Assembly: GCA_041288095.1 (NCBI GenBank)
Contig: JBGGMJ010000032.1
Coordinates: 1-21,382 of the forward strand
Source: Myxococcota bacterium
GTDB lineage: Bacteria; Myxococcota; XYA12-FULL-58-9; JALHOP01
Length of the DNA stretch: 21,382 nucleotides
Direction: 5' to 3'
The stretch's first letter is position 1; the number at the start of each line of letters is the position of its first letter. Position numbers and translations under genes: made by a program. Under the pieces are notes generated by a model that was not told where the DNA came from, ran no database searches, and saw nothing but the letters and a program-made list of their open reading frames with translations. Of the stretch, positions 8,297-16,541 are shown in pieces.

Positions 8297-8542
8297 GTGC
8301 CCCTCTCCGAGCTCGAGGCCGCTCTCGTCGCCGCCATCAAGCCGTTCGTCGGCGAGGTGATGGCATCGGCTTCCGTGAAGTCGTTCTCGAAGAAGCTCGG
8401 CCTCGCCGGCAGCATCGCGATCCCTGAGCGTGCAAAGCTCATCGACGCCGTCGGCCTCGGCCTCAACGTCTTCATCGGCAAGGTGAAGACCACCGAGGTC
8501 CTCACCGAGCTCAAGGCCAAGCTCTTGAAGGAGCACAGGTGA
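8297..8542 (+). CDS. small helical hypothetical protein (81 aa)
   Basis: GTG start; GC3-biased codons (PLSELEAALVAAIKPFVGEVMA...). Contains the AAGGAG SD for, and overlaps (GTGA), the next gene. Confidence 0.7.
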   Translation: MPLSELEAALVAAIKPFVGEVMASASVKSFSKKLGLAGSIAIPERAKLIDAVGLGLNVFIGKVKTTEVLTELKAKLLKEHR

Positions 8543-9327
8543 GGACACGTTTCGCGGGTGGCGTCCTCTTGTTCGCGGTCATCGCCTGTGCCGCGTTCCT
8601 CATCGGCGCGTCGCTCCGCGACGATCTCACCTTCGTCAGCCGCGCCGGCACCTCGTTGTGCAAGCTCGCCTGCTTGCTGATCGGGGCCGCCTTCTCGGTT
8701 GCCAGCGCCCGCGCCTTCGAACCGGGCTCGCCGGCGCGCCGCGGTTGGATCGCCTTCGCCGTGTTCCAGAGCGCATGGACCTTGGCTCAGCTCTGGTTCT
8801 GCTTCGTGGTCATCGTGCGGCGAGCGGAGGTGACAGTGCCGTCGGTCGCCGACGTTCTCTTCGTCGGCGGTCAGCTCGCCGCTTTCTTCGCGCTCTTCAC
8901 CTTCATCGAAGCCTGGAGAAGCTCGGGCCTGGTCGCGCCGCCATCGTGGAGCCAGCGGTTCGCGGGGGCGGTCACCGCGCTCTCCGTCGTCGTCGCCGCC
9001 GGCATGACCGCGCTCGCGCACCATGGCGTCCTCCCGGCCGCGGACAGCATCGTGGTGAGCATCTACCCGGTGCTCGACTGCGCTCTCCTCTGGCCGCTCG
9101 TCCTCCTGCTGGCGATGTCGCGCGGCATGGGCGAAGGCCGTGTCGCGGTGGTCTGGCGCCACGTTCTCCTCGGCGTCCTTGCTTGCGGGGTCGGCGACTT
9201 CGCCTATGCGTTCTTCGCCCAGCTCGGTGTCGCCTCGCTCGATCCCCTGATCGATTTCGCGTTCTGTGCGAGCTACGCCTACATCGGCTTCGGCGCCGTG
9301 CGGCAAGACGCCCTGGCGAGCGCCTAA
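8539..9327 (+). CDS. multi-pass membrane protein, stand-alone sensor-like domain
   Basis: About 7-8 hydrophobic segments with PSVADVLF, IYPVLD, GDFAYA, DPLIDFAF motifs resembling the N-terminal membrane regions of GGDEF/kinase sensors. No output domain. Confidence 0.7.
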   Translation: MRTRFAGGVLLFAVIACAAFLIGASLRDDLTFVSRAGTSLCKLACLLIGAAFSVASARAFEPGSPARRGWIAFAVFQSAWTLAQLWFCFVVIVRRAEVTVPSVADVLFVGGQLAAFFALFTFIEAWRSSGLVAPPSWSQRFAGAVTALSVVVAAGMTALAHHGVLPAADSIVVSIYPVLDCALLWPLVLLLAMSRGMGEGRVAVVWRHVLLGVLACGVGDFAYAFFAQLGVASLDPLIDFAFCASYAYIGFGAVRQDALASA

Positions 9328-9369
9328 TCACGAGGCGCGGTGCCCACTTGGGCGCGCGCAATTATTTCG

Positions 9370-9398
9370 TCGCCGAGTCGCCGCCGGCGGCCGTAGTG
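9370..9398 (+). promoter_or_regulatory. candidate ECF-sigma promoter, copy 1
   Basis: TCGCCGA-N13-GCCGTAGTG, with the same boxes and spacing as 10318-10346. Confidence 0.55.
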
Positions 9399-9431
9399 CC
9401 GGGGAAAGGGAGCACGAAGCCCCCGGAGAAC

Positions 9432-10256
9432 ATGATGAAATTATCGAAGGCACTTCTCGTGACGGGCGCGTCCCTCATCCTTATCGCCTGCGGCAACGAC
9501 GGCGACTCACGCGTCTCCCTCGCGGTCGCGGTCAGGGGCAGCAACGCCAATGCGCTGTCGGCCGAGGTCGTCAGCACACCCGGCGGCGCCGGTCTCACGC
9601 TTTCGGATGGCACCAACACTTTGCTGATTACCGCCGCGGAGGTCGTGTTGCGTGAGATCGAGCTGGAGCGCGACGACGTCACCGATTGCGACGGCGACGA
9701 CGATGGCCGCGACGGCTGCGAGAAATTCGAGACCGGCCCGCGTCTCGTCAGCCTGCCGCTCGACGGCGGTGTCGCCGAGCAGGTGATCACCGCCGTGCCC
9801 GAAGGCACCTACGATCGCCTCGAGCTCGAGATTCACAAGCTCAGCGACGACAACGGCAGCGACATCTTGCGCGAGCGGCCAGATCTCGCGGACGTGAGCA
9901 TTCGCGTCGTCGGCACCTTTAACGGCGCGGCCTTCGTCTTCGTGAGCGACGAGTCGTTCGAGCAACGCGTCGAGCTCGACCCGCCGGTTGTCGTTGGCGC
10001 GGGCAACGCCGACGTCAACGTGACCCTGTCAATCGATCTCGCAAGGTGGTTCTCGACCGCGGCGGGCATGCTCGTCGACCCGAGCCAGGCGGCCGACACC
10101 ATCGAAGAAGGCATCGACGGTACCTTCGCTTGCTTCGAGGACGACGACCATGACGGTGACGACGATGGCCCGCTGCACGACGTCGGGGACGACCACGGCG
10201 GCGATGATGACGCCGGAGACGACGACTCCGGCAGCGACGATGCGGACGACTACTGA
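9432..10256 (+). CDS. lipoprotein, DUF4382-like beta-sandwich, paralog A, with Asp/His-rich tail
   Basis: GGAG SD, MMKLSKALLVTGASLILIAC lipobox, VPEGTYDRLELEIHK, acidic C-terminus. Confidence 0.78.
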   Translation: MMKLSKALLVTGASLILIACGNDGDSRVSLAVAVRGSNANALSAEVVSTPGGAGLTLSDGTNTLLITAAEVVLREIELERDDVTDCDGDDDGRDGCEKFETGPRLVSLPLDGGVAEQVITAVPEGTYDRLELEIHKLSDDNGSDILRERPDLADVSIRVVGTFNGAAFVFVSDESFEQRVELDPPVVVGAGNADVNVTLSIDLARWFSTAAGMLVDPSQAADTIEEGIDGTFACFEDDDHDGDDDGPLHDVGDDHGGDDDAGDDDSGSDDADDY

Positions 10257-10281
10257 GACAGGCGCCGACATCGACCCACCC

Positions 10282-10312
10282 TGTGTCCGCTTCGGCGGAC
10301 ACAAGTGTTTTT
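10282..10312 (+). terminator. hairpin/intrinsic terminator candidate
   Basis: TGTGTCCGC-TTCG-GCGGACACA is a perfect 9-bp stem with a UUCG loop, followed by AGTGTTTTT. Confidence 0.6.
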
Positions 10313-10317
10313 AACAA

Positions 10318-10346
10318 TCGCTGAACGAAGGACGACCGCCGTAGTG
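10318..10346 (+). promoter_or_regulatory. candidate ECF-sigma promoter, copy 2
   Basis: TCGCTGA-N13-GCCGTAGTG, matching 9370-9398. Confidence 0.55.
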
Positions 10347-10387
10347 ATGAAAGAGGCTCACCCCAGAGCCAATTGGAGATTGTAGCA

Positions 10388-11128
10388 ATGCGACACTTCC
10401 CCCTGATTCTTGCTTCGTGCGTCTTGGCCACCGCGGCCGCTTGTGGCGACGGCACACCCGAGGTGCGCATGGCCCTGGCCGTGCGTGGCACGAACGCCAA
10501 TGGCCTGTCCGCCGCGGTGACGGCGACCGCTGGCGCCGGCGGCTTGGCGCTCGAGGACGGTGCCAACACCATCCTCATCACCAGCGCCGAGATCGTCCTC
10601 GAGGAGATCGAGCTCAAGCGCACCGAGGCGAGCGCGTGCCCCGAGGTTGGCGACGCCGACGATGATAGCTGCGAGAAGTTCGAGACCGGCCCGCGGCTCG
10701 TCGCTCTACCGCTGGACGGCAAGGTCACGCACGAGCTCGCAACCGTGGTTCCCACTGGGAGCTACGACGAGCTCGAGTTCGAGATCCACAAGCTCGAGGG
10801 CTCGGGTGGCAGCGACATCCTGCGCGACCGACCCGACCTCGCCGGCCTCAGCATGCGAGTCGCCGGTACGTACAACGGCACCCCCTTCGTGTTCGTCAGC
10901 GAGGAGTCGCAAGAGCTCGAGCTCGAGCTGTCGCCACCGCTCGTCGTCGACGCGGACGGGTCCGACGTCAATCTCACGCTCTCAGTCGACCTCGCCGCGT
11001 GGTTCACGACGGGCGCGGGCCTGCTAGTGAATCCGACGGTGCAGAGCAGCGCCGATATCATCGACAACAACATCGACCAGTCGTTCGAGTGCTTCGAAGA
11101 CGATGACCACGATGGTAGTGACGACTAG
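10388..11128 (+). CDS. lipoprotein, DUF4382-like, paralog B
   Basis: GGAG SD, MRHFPLILASCVLATAAAC lipobox. Long near-identical stretches with paralog A (CEKFETGPRLV.LPLDG, GSDILR.RPDLA, CFEDDDHDG). Confidence 0.78.
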   Translation: MRHFPLILASCVLATAAACGDGTPEVRMALAVRGTNANGLSAAVTATAGAGGLALEDGANTILITSAEIVLEEIELKRTEASACPEVGDADDDSCEKFETGPRLVALPLDGKVTHELATVVPTGSYDELEFEIHKLEGSGGSDILRDRPDLAGLSMRVAGTYNGTPFVFVSEESQELELELSPPLVVDADGSDVNLTLSVDLAAWFTTGAGLLVNPTVQSSADIIDNNIDQSFECFEDDDHDGSDD

Positions 11129-11156
11129 AGCCACAGTGAAAGACGCGTAGGTCCTG

Positions 11157-11840
11157 ATGTCCTGCATCTTGTCCGAAGATCGAGCCTTGCTCGACCGCTT
11201 CCGCGGAGGTGAGCGCGACGCGCTGACGGTGGTGTTCACGCACTACGCGCCGCACGTCGCCTCCCTCTTGAAGAGCGGCTTCGGATTTTCGGCCGGCGGG
11301 CAGCGCGTCCGCTTTGGCGGCTACAAGCGGGTGTTCGAGCTGGAGGATGCCTTGCAAGAGGTCTTCAAGCGCGCCTTCTCGGAGCGAGCTCGCATGAGCT
11401 ACGACGGCCTGCGACCGTACGCCGCGTACATGGCCGTGATCGCGCGCAACCTGGTGATCGACCAGTATGCGTCCCGCCGGCGAGAGCTCTTGCACTTCAA
11501 CTTCGAGGACAGCACCACGGCCAACGACGACGACTCGCCGGCCCCGGGGGGCAGACCCGAGCGAGAGCTCCTCGCGAGCGAGCTGCGCGGCGTCATCGAC
11601 GACTTTCGCGCGAAGCTGGACGAGCGCGAGCAGACCATCTTCAAGCTACGCTTCGAAGAGAACCTGTCACATGCCGGCATCACCGAGCGGACCGGGCTCA
11701 CGGCATCGCAGGTCAAGACGACGGAAGCCAAGCTGCGCGGCGCTCTCATGCGGCATCTGCGCAAGCACGGCTACCTCGACGAACGAGCAGCTCACGTGAC
11801 GCCCGCGGCCGAGGTCGCGCCGTCAGGAGAACACCGATGA
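11157..11840 (+). CDS. ECF-type sigma-70 family RNA polymerase sigma factor
   Basis: DRALLDRFRGGERDAL, EDALQEVF..AF, YDGLRPY..Y...IARNLVID (region 2), LDEREQTIFKLRFEENLS...I...G.T...VK (region 4). Confidence 0.92.
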   Translation: MSCILSEDRALLDRFRGGERDALTVVFTHYAPHVASLLKSGFGFSAGGQRVRFGGYKRVFELEDALQEVFKRAFSERARMSYDGLRPYAAYMAVIARNLVIDQYASRRRELLHFNFEDSTTANDDDSPAPGGRPERELLASELRGVIDDFRAKLDEREQTIFKLRFEENLSHAGITERTGLTASQVKTTEAKLRGALMRHLRKHGYLDERAAHVTPAAEVAPSGEHR

Positions 11841-12658
11841 ATCACAACCGCGCGTTGCGCGACACACGAATCCTGGTCTCGAAGGGACTGCCTCCACGAC
11901 GGCATCGCCGCCTGCGCGAGCACCTGCGCGGCTGCGATGATTGCTTGCGGCACTACGAGCGTCTGCGAGCCGTCGAAGATGCGCTGACGCCGGCGGCGGT
12001 AATGTCGGCGGCGGCGCTCGAGCGCATCGGCGCCTTGGTGATCGACGATTCGGGCCTCGAGCGGGCACCGCGGCGCGGCTGGGCCATGCTGGGAAGCCTC
12101 GCGACAGCGACCGCGCTGGCGGTGACACTCGTGCTGGTGATGCCACGCGGTGGCGACGACGAGCTCACACCACGAGGCACCGGGCTCGCCAGGACGGCGC
12201 ACGGCCTTGGGGCCTTCATCGTCGATCCGGCACACGCCGAAGTCACGCGGCCGGCGCTCGTCGCCGGTCGGCGGATCGTGGTGCCCGAGGGCAAGGTCGT
12301 GCAGCTCGCCTACCGCAACTCCGCGTTTCGCTACGTGGTCGTCGTCGGCATTGATGCGACCTACGAGATGCAGTGGTACCATCCGAGCGAAGTCGAGCGA
12401 GCCTCGGGTGGCGTCGCGCTCGTCGCGGGGGCGGTGGATGAACCGCTGCCGGGCGCTTGGAGCATCGACCGCGACATGACACCGCAGCGCCTTTTCGCGA
12501 TCTTCGCCGATGCGCCGATTGCCGCCGATGTGGTCGAGCGGGCGGCCCTTCGTCTCCGCGAAAGCGGACAAGCGCCGATCGACGTCGAACGGTTGCCCGG
12601 CCTTGCCTACGCCCAGGACAGTCTCGTCCTCGTCGCCGAGGAGCACCCGCAACGTTGA
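11837..12658 (+). CDS. zinc-binding (ZAS) membrane anti-sigma factor with extracytoplasmic domain
   Basis: HLRGCDDC (HxxxCxxC) at 11921-11944, single TM (WAMLGSLATATALAVTLVLVM), beta-rich DUF4384-like C-domain. ATGA overlap with the sigma gene. Confidence 0.82.
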   Translation: MNHNRALRDTRILVSKGLPPRRHRRLREHLRGCDDCLRHYERLRAVEDALTPAAVMSAAALERIGALVIDDSGLERAPRRGWAMLGSLATATALAVTLVLVMPRGGDDELTPRGTGLARTAHGLGAFIVDPAHAEVTRPALVAGRRIVVPEGKVVQLAYRNSAFRYVVVVGIDATYEMQWYHPSEVERASGGVALVAGAVDEPLPGAWSIDRDMTPQRLFAIFADAPIAADVVERAALRLRESGQAPIDVERLPGLAYAQDSLVLVAEEHPQR

Positions 12659-13506
12659 TGAGCTCGTCGCGCGCCATATCCACGCTCGCCGCCGCCTTGG
12701 CGATCGTCGCCACCGCGTGTGGCCTCGACCTCACGCGCCGCGACGGTGAGCTCTCGGTCGTGTTGCTCGACAACGAATCGTTTCGCGATGCGGAAGCGGT
12801 CATTCGGGTCGAGCACGACGACGTTGCATCGGAGACGCGTCACGACGTCGCCAACGAGATCTTCCTGGAGTCGGTGCCCGCCGGCAGCTGCCGAGTAAGC
12901 GCCGTCATCACCGGCCACGCGCTGGTCTCCAATCGCCAGCGGGTCTACATCTACGAGACCACGCGCGCGAGCATCGGCCTGACGTTCTTCGCCGCGTCCG
13001 CCGGAGCGGACGACGACGACTCCGATGGCGTCGACAACCTCGAGGACAACTGCATCACCGTCGCCAATCCCGAGCAGAGCGACGAAGACCACGACGGCGT
13101 CGGCGATGGCTGCGACAATTGTCCGGCGTTCCCTCATCCGCTGCAGACGAACAGTGACGGCGACGTTTTCGGCGACCTGTGCGATCCCGACATCGACGGA
13201 GACGGAGCGCTCAACGTGCAGGACGCCTGTCCGCGCGACGCCGGCGGCAGCATCGATAGCGACGGTGACCGCGTCTGCGACGGCAGCGATACCTGTCCCA
13301 ACCGAGACAATCCAACGCAGGACGACTGCGACGACGATGGTCTCGGCGATGCGTGCGACACGGACATCGACGGCGACGGTATCGCCAACGACGCCAGCGA
13401 CAACTGCCCATTCGCGTGGAATCCTAGTCAGCAGGACGGCAACGGTGACGGCATCGGCGATGCTTGCGTGACCGACGCCAATGCTTGCGTGTCGGAGGCA
13501 CCATGA
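12658..13506 (+). CDS. lipoprotein with thrombospondin type 3 (Ca-binding) repeats
   Basis: TGATG coupling; lipobox IVATAC; repeated D.DGDG..D.CDNCP...NP.Q units. Confidence 0.88.
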   Translation: MSSSRAISTLAAALAIVATACGLDLTRRDGELSVVLLDNESFRDAEAVIRVEHDDVASETRHDVANEIFLESVPAGSCRVSAVITGHALVSNRQRVYIYETTRASIGLTFFAASAGADDDDSDGVDNLEDNCITVANPEQSDEDHDGVGDGCDNCPAFPHPLQTNSDGDVFGDLCDPDIDGDGALNVQDACPRDAGGSIDSDGDRVCDGSDTCPNRDNPTQDDCDDDGLGDACDTDIDGDGIANDASDNCPFAWNPSQQDGNGDGIGDACVTDANACVSEAP

Positions 13507-14096
13507 GACGGGGCATGTTGTTGTTGGCCTTGTTCCTCGCGGCTTGCGGCGACGAGGCGCCGGAGGGCGATGACCCACCGGATGGCGAAAACCTCATACG
13601 CGTGTCCCTGGGCGTCACCGGTAACGACGATGGACGCATCTATGCGCTCCTCATGCGATGCTCGCGCGTAATCGTCAAAATGAGCGACGGCGACGATATC
13701 GTGGGACCCGCCTGGAACGCCGACGTGTTGCGCGGCGCCTTCCTCCTCGAGCGCCGCAGCGACGCCCTCCCCCGCGAGGTCGAGCTGCGGTTCGAGCATC
13801 CACCCGACGGCAGCGGTGTCGTCCCGGGTGAAGAGCTCGCGGTATTCGTCGGCGGCCTGGTCGAGGAAGAAGCATTCGAGTACCGGGCCGAGGAGCTCGA
13901 GAGCGCCAGCGTCACCGTGACCACGCCGCGCATCGACCTTCGCTTCGACGTTTCGCGGTGGCTGAATGGGCTCACGCGTGCCAGCTTCGAGGGCCAACAG
14001 CCCTACCGCGTGGATGAGCAGAACAACGAGCAGATCGCGCAGGACCTCGAGGAGGTCATCTCGGACTCACTCACCGTATGCAGCGAATGCGACTAG
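13503..14096 (+). CDS. lipoprotein, possible distant DUF4382-like paralog
   Basis: MRRGMLLLALFLAAC lipobox. IDLRFDVSRWL resembles TLSIDLARWF of paralogs A/B. ATGA overlap. Confidence 0.7.
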   Translation: MRRGMLLLALFLAACGDEAPEGDDPPDGENLIRVSLGVTGNDDGRIYALLMRCSRVIVKMSDGDDIVGPAWNADVLRGAFLLERRSDALPREVELRFEHPPDGSGVVPGEELAVFVGGLVEEEAFEYRAEELESASVTVTTPRIDLRFDVSRWLNGLTRASFEGQQPYRVDEQNNEQIAQDLEEVISDSLTVCSECD

Positions 14097-15595
14097 CCAC
14101 CCTCATCGCCACCCTAGCGATGCTCCCGCGCGCGGCGTTCGCGGACGAGGGCATCCGTGTGTTCGTGGTCATCGTGGCGAATAACGGCAGCTACGATGGG
14201 ACGCGCCCGCCGCTGCGCTTCGCCGACGACGACGGCGTGCGCTATCGCGAGCTGTTCCGGCTCTACACGGAAGACGTCGAGCTCTTCACGGTGATGGACG
14301 CCGACACCCAGCAAACGTTCGCCGACGCCGTGCCCAACGCGAAGCTGCCGCGTCGTAGCGAGCTCTTCGAGGGACTGCAGCGGACCTTCGACAAGATCCG
14401 CGCGGCGCGCGCGTCCGGCGCACGCACCGCCTTCTATTTCATCTACTCGGGACACGGCGATGTCCGCGATGGCGTTGGCTTCGTGCACCTCCTCGACGGC
14501 CCCCTGACGCGTCAGGACCTCTACGCCAAGGTGATCGAAGCCTCCCCCGCCGACGTCAACCACGTGGTCGTCGACGCGTGCAACGCCTACTTCATGGTCG
14601 CGAGCCGCGGCAAAGGCGCGAAGGCCGCCGGCGACTACGCCGGGCTCGTGAAGACGCTGGTGAGCCGCGAGACCCTCGACGCCCACCCGAACACCGGCGT
14701 CGTGCTCGCGACGACCACCGCGGCCGAGGTCCACGAATGGAGCCGGGTCGAGGCCGGCGTCTTCTCCCACGAGCTGCGCACGGCGATGAGCGGCGCCGCC
14801 GACGCCAACGGAGACGGCGCCGTGAGCTACGACGAGGTCGCGGCGTTCCTCGCGGCGGCGAATGGCGGAGTGCCCGATCCCAAGGCCCGCGTGCAGGCGC
14901 TCACGAGACCGCCGCGTCAGAACCTCGCCGAGCCTTTCGTGCGCGTGACCACCCAGGGGTCGGCCGCGGTGTTCCCGAAGGAATGGAAGGGACGCTTTTA
15001 CGTCGAGGACGACCGGCGCGTGCGTTTTGCCGACCTCAACAAGGCCGCCGGCCAGGACCTGACCCTGCATCTCGTACCGCGACCCACGTACTATGTGCGC
15101 GCGGGCGATCGCGAGTACCGCCTGGGGCAGACCAACGCGGGGACGAGCCACGATCTGGGCAGCACGCCAGCCGATCCGATCTCCGTCGCGGCTCGCGGGT
15201 CAGCCGAGGATCAACTCGACGCCCATCTGTTCGCGGTCCCCTATGACGGCGAGTACGCGCGCGGCTTCGCGCAAGCACGCGCGCTCTCCGACGACCCGCT
15301 GGCGGTGACGCTCGACGCGCCGGCACCGCCACCGGCGGATCGCCTTGCACCGTGGAAGATCGGCGCCTTCGCGGTCGCCGGCAGCACCGCAATCGCCGCG
15401 ACGGTGCTCGAGATGATGGCGCGCCACGACGCCGAGCTCTACCGGGACTCCGCCGGCAGTCGCGAGGACGTGCGCGCCCACCGTGAGCGGGCGGATGCGC
15501 AGCACGACGCCGCGGTGGTCCTGGGCGCCGTCGCCGGCGGTGCGCTGCTCTCGGCCGGGGGCATGTACTTGTATCAGTGGCTCGCGGAGGACTGA
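14087..15595 (+). CDS. exported caspase-fold (peptidase C14 / orthocaspase-like) protease
   Basis: Signal peptide MRLATLIATLAMLPRAAFA; LRFADDD; catalytic dyad YSGHG (His 14453) and VDAC (Cys 14579); EF-hand-like DANGDGAVSYDE; C-terminal pair of hydrophobic helices. Confidence 0.88.
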   Translation: MRLATLIATLAMLPRAAFADEGIRVFVVIVANNGSYDGTRPPLRFADDDGVRYRELFRLYTEDVELFTVMDADTQQTFADAVPNAKLPRRSELFEGLQRTFDKIRAARASGARTAFYFIYSGHGDVRDGVGFVHLLDGPLTRQDLYAKVIEASPADVNHVVVDACNAYFMVASRGKGAKAAGDYAGLVKTLVSRETLDAHPNTGVVLATTTAAEVHEWSRVEAGVFSHELRTAMSGAADANGDGAVSYDEVAAFLAAANGGVPDPKARVQALTRPPRQNLAEPFVRVTTQGSAAVFPKEWKGRFYVEDDRRVRFADLNKAAGQDLTLHLVPRPTYYVRAGDREYRLGQTNAGTSHDLGSTPADPISVAARGSAEDQLDAHLFAVPYDGEYARGFAQARALSDDPLAVTLDAPAPPPADRLAPWKIGAFAVAGSTAIAATVLEMMARHDAELYRDSAGSREDVRAHRERADAQHDAAVVLGAVAGGALLSAGGMYLYQWLAED

Positions 15596-16113
15596 TCCGT
15601 CGCGAGCGCGGCGCCAGCGCCTGCACCCACGAGTCCGAGCACGCGGGCGATGGCCGGCTCATGCGCGGCCATGGCTTCGGCGGTTGGCCGCGCCGTGACC
15701 ACGAGATTCACGGCGGCTTGCTCGACGAGCCCCTGCCATGCGGGCTGCCAAGCTTTGTTCCAGCGCGTCCACGGCATGAACGTCGTGCGCAGAATGGTTC
15801 CCATGCCGCCGGCGCTATCCTGGCGCAGCATGTCGTCGGAATAGGTCACGGCGTGACCCGCGACGTTGCCGTAAGCATCGATGGCGCGGTGGGCCGACAA
15901 GGTCACGGCCTTCACCGTGTGAATGATAGCGGACCCGAGCGGCGCTCCCGCGGCGCGCGCATCCGCCATTGCGGACTTGGGGCTTACGAAGCTGGCGCGC
16001 CAGATACCGAACGGCTTACTCGCCGCCGTCTGGGCGGCGCGAAACTCGGCGACGGCCGCATCGGAGCGGCTCCAGTCGTAGGGGCGCGTTAGGGGTGTGA
16101 GTAGGGTCGTCAT
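15574..16113 (-). CDS. hypothetical protein (179 aa)
   Basis: GAGGAG SD before ATG 16113. 3' end overlaps the caspase 3' end by 22 nt. No recognised domain. Confidence 0.6.
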   Translation of the reverse strand: MTTLLTPLTRPYDWSRSDAAVAEFRAAQTAASKPFGIWRASFVSPKSAMADARAAGAPLGSAIIHTVKAVTLSAHRAIDAYGNVAGHAVTYSDDMLRQDSAGGMGTILRTTFMPWTRWNKAWQPAWQGLVEQAAVNLVVTARPTAEAMAAHEPAIARVLGLVGAGAGAALATDQSSASH

Positions 16114-16123
16114 CGCGGTCTCC

Positions 16124-16519
16124 TCAGGTGACGTTATCGACGTAGTCGCGAACGTCGCCGACAGCCGCGCGAACGCTCTCCGCGAGCGGCGCGAGGTCGG
16201 GGCGCGCGGCGGCAATGCGGGTCAGCGTGCGACTCACGGTCGCGGCGTGAATGCCCGCGAGTTGGGGGAACTTCGACCAACGTTCGATGTCGCCCGCCTT
16301 CGCGGCAAAGCTATCGAGAGCGGCCGTGGAATCAACGGGCGCGCCCGAGAGGCCATTCAGCAACGCGTTCGATGCGGTCCCGAGCTTCTCGAGCTCGCCG
16401 TCGAAGTCCTTGGCGTTCGCGCTCCGAGCGATGTCAGCCACGTGCGGCGCGATCGAGGCGTTGAAGCGGGTGAGGCGGGTGTACAGAGCTTGCGCCAATT
16501 TATCGTTGGTCACGGTCAT
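16124..16519 (-). CDS. hypothetical helical protein (131 aa)
   Basis: Protein-like composition; fills the gap, 10 nt upstream of the next gene on the same strand. Confidence 0.65.
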   Translation of the reverse strand: MTVTNDKLAQALYTRLTRFNASIAPHVADIARSANAKDFDGELEKLGTASNALLNGLSGAPVDSTAALDSFAAKAGDIERWSKFPQLAGIHAATVSRTLTRIAAARPDLAPLAESVRAAVGDVRDYVDNVT

Positions 16520-16541
16520 AGGGCGGTTATCGCGAGAACGG

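Noticed and set aside
8658-9431. Arg-rich extension making lipoprotein A 532 aa
   Set aside because: Out-of-frame overlap with the membrane gene; SD, signal peptide and lipobox define the start at 9432.
11124-11156. CGTAG just upstream of the sigma ATG as a third promoter copy
   Set aside because: The upstream TCGCYGA box is missing at the expected spacing, and a 5-nt match alone is insufficient.
13010-13470. Repetitive GACGGCGAC-rich DNA as a possible CRISPR array or tandem repeat
   Set aside because: Degenerate codon-level repeats of TSP3 motifs; no identical repeats with unique spacers and no cas genes.
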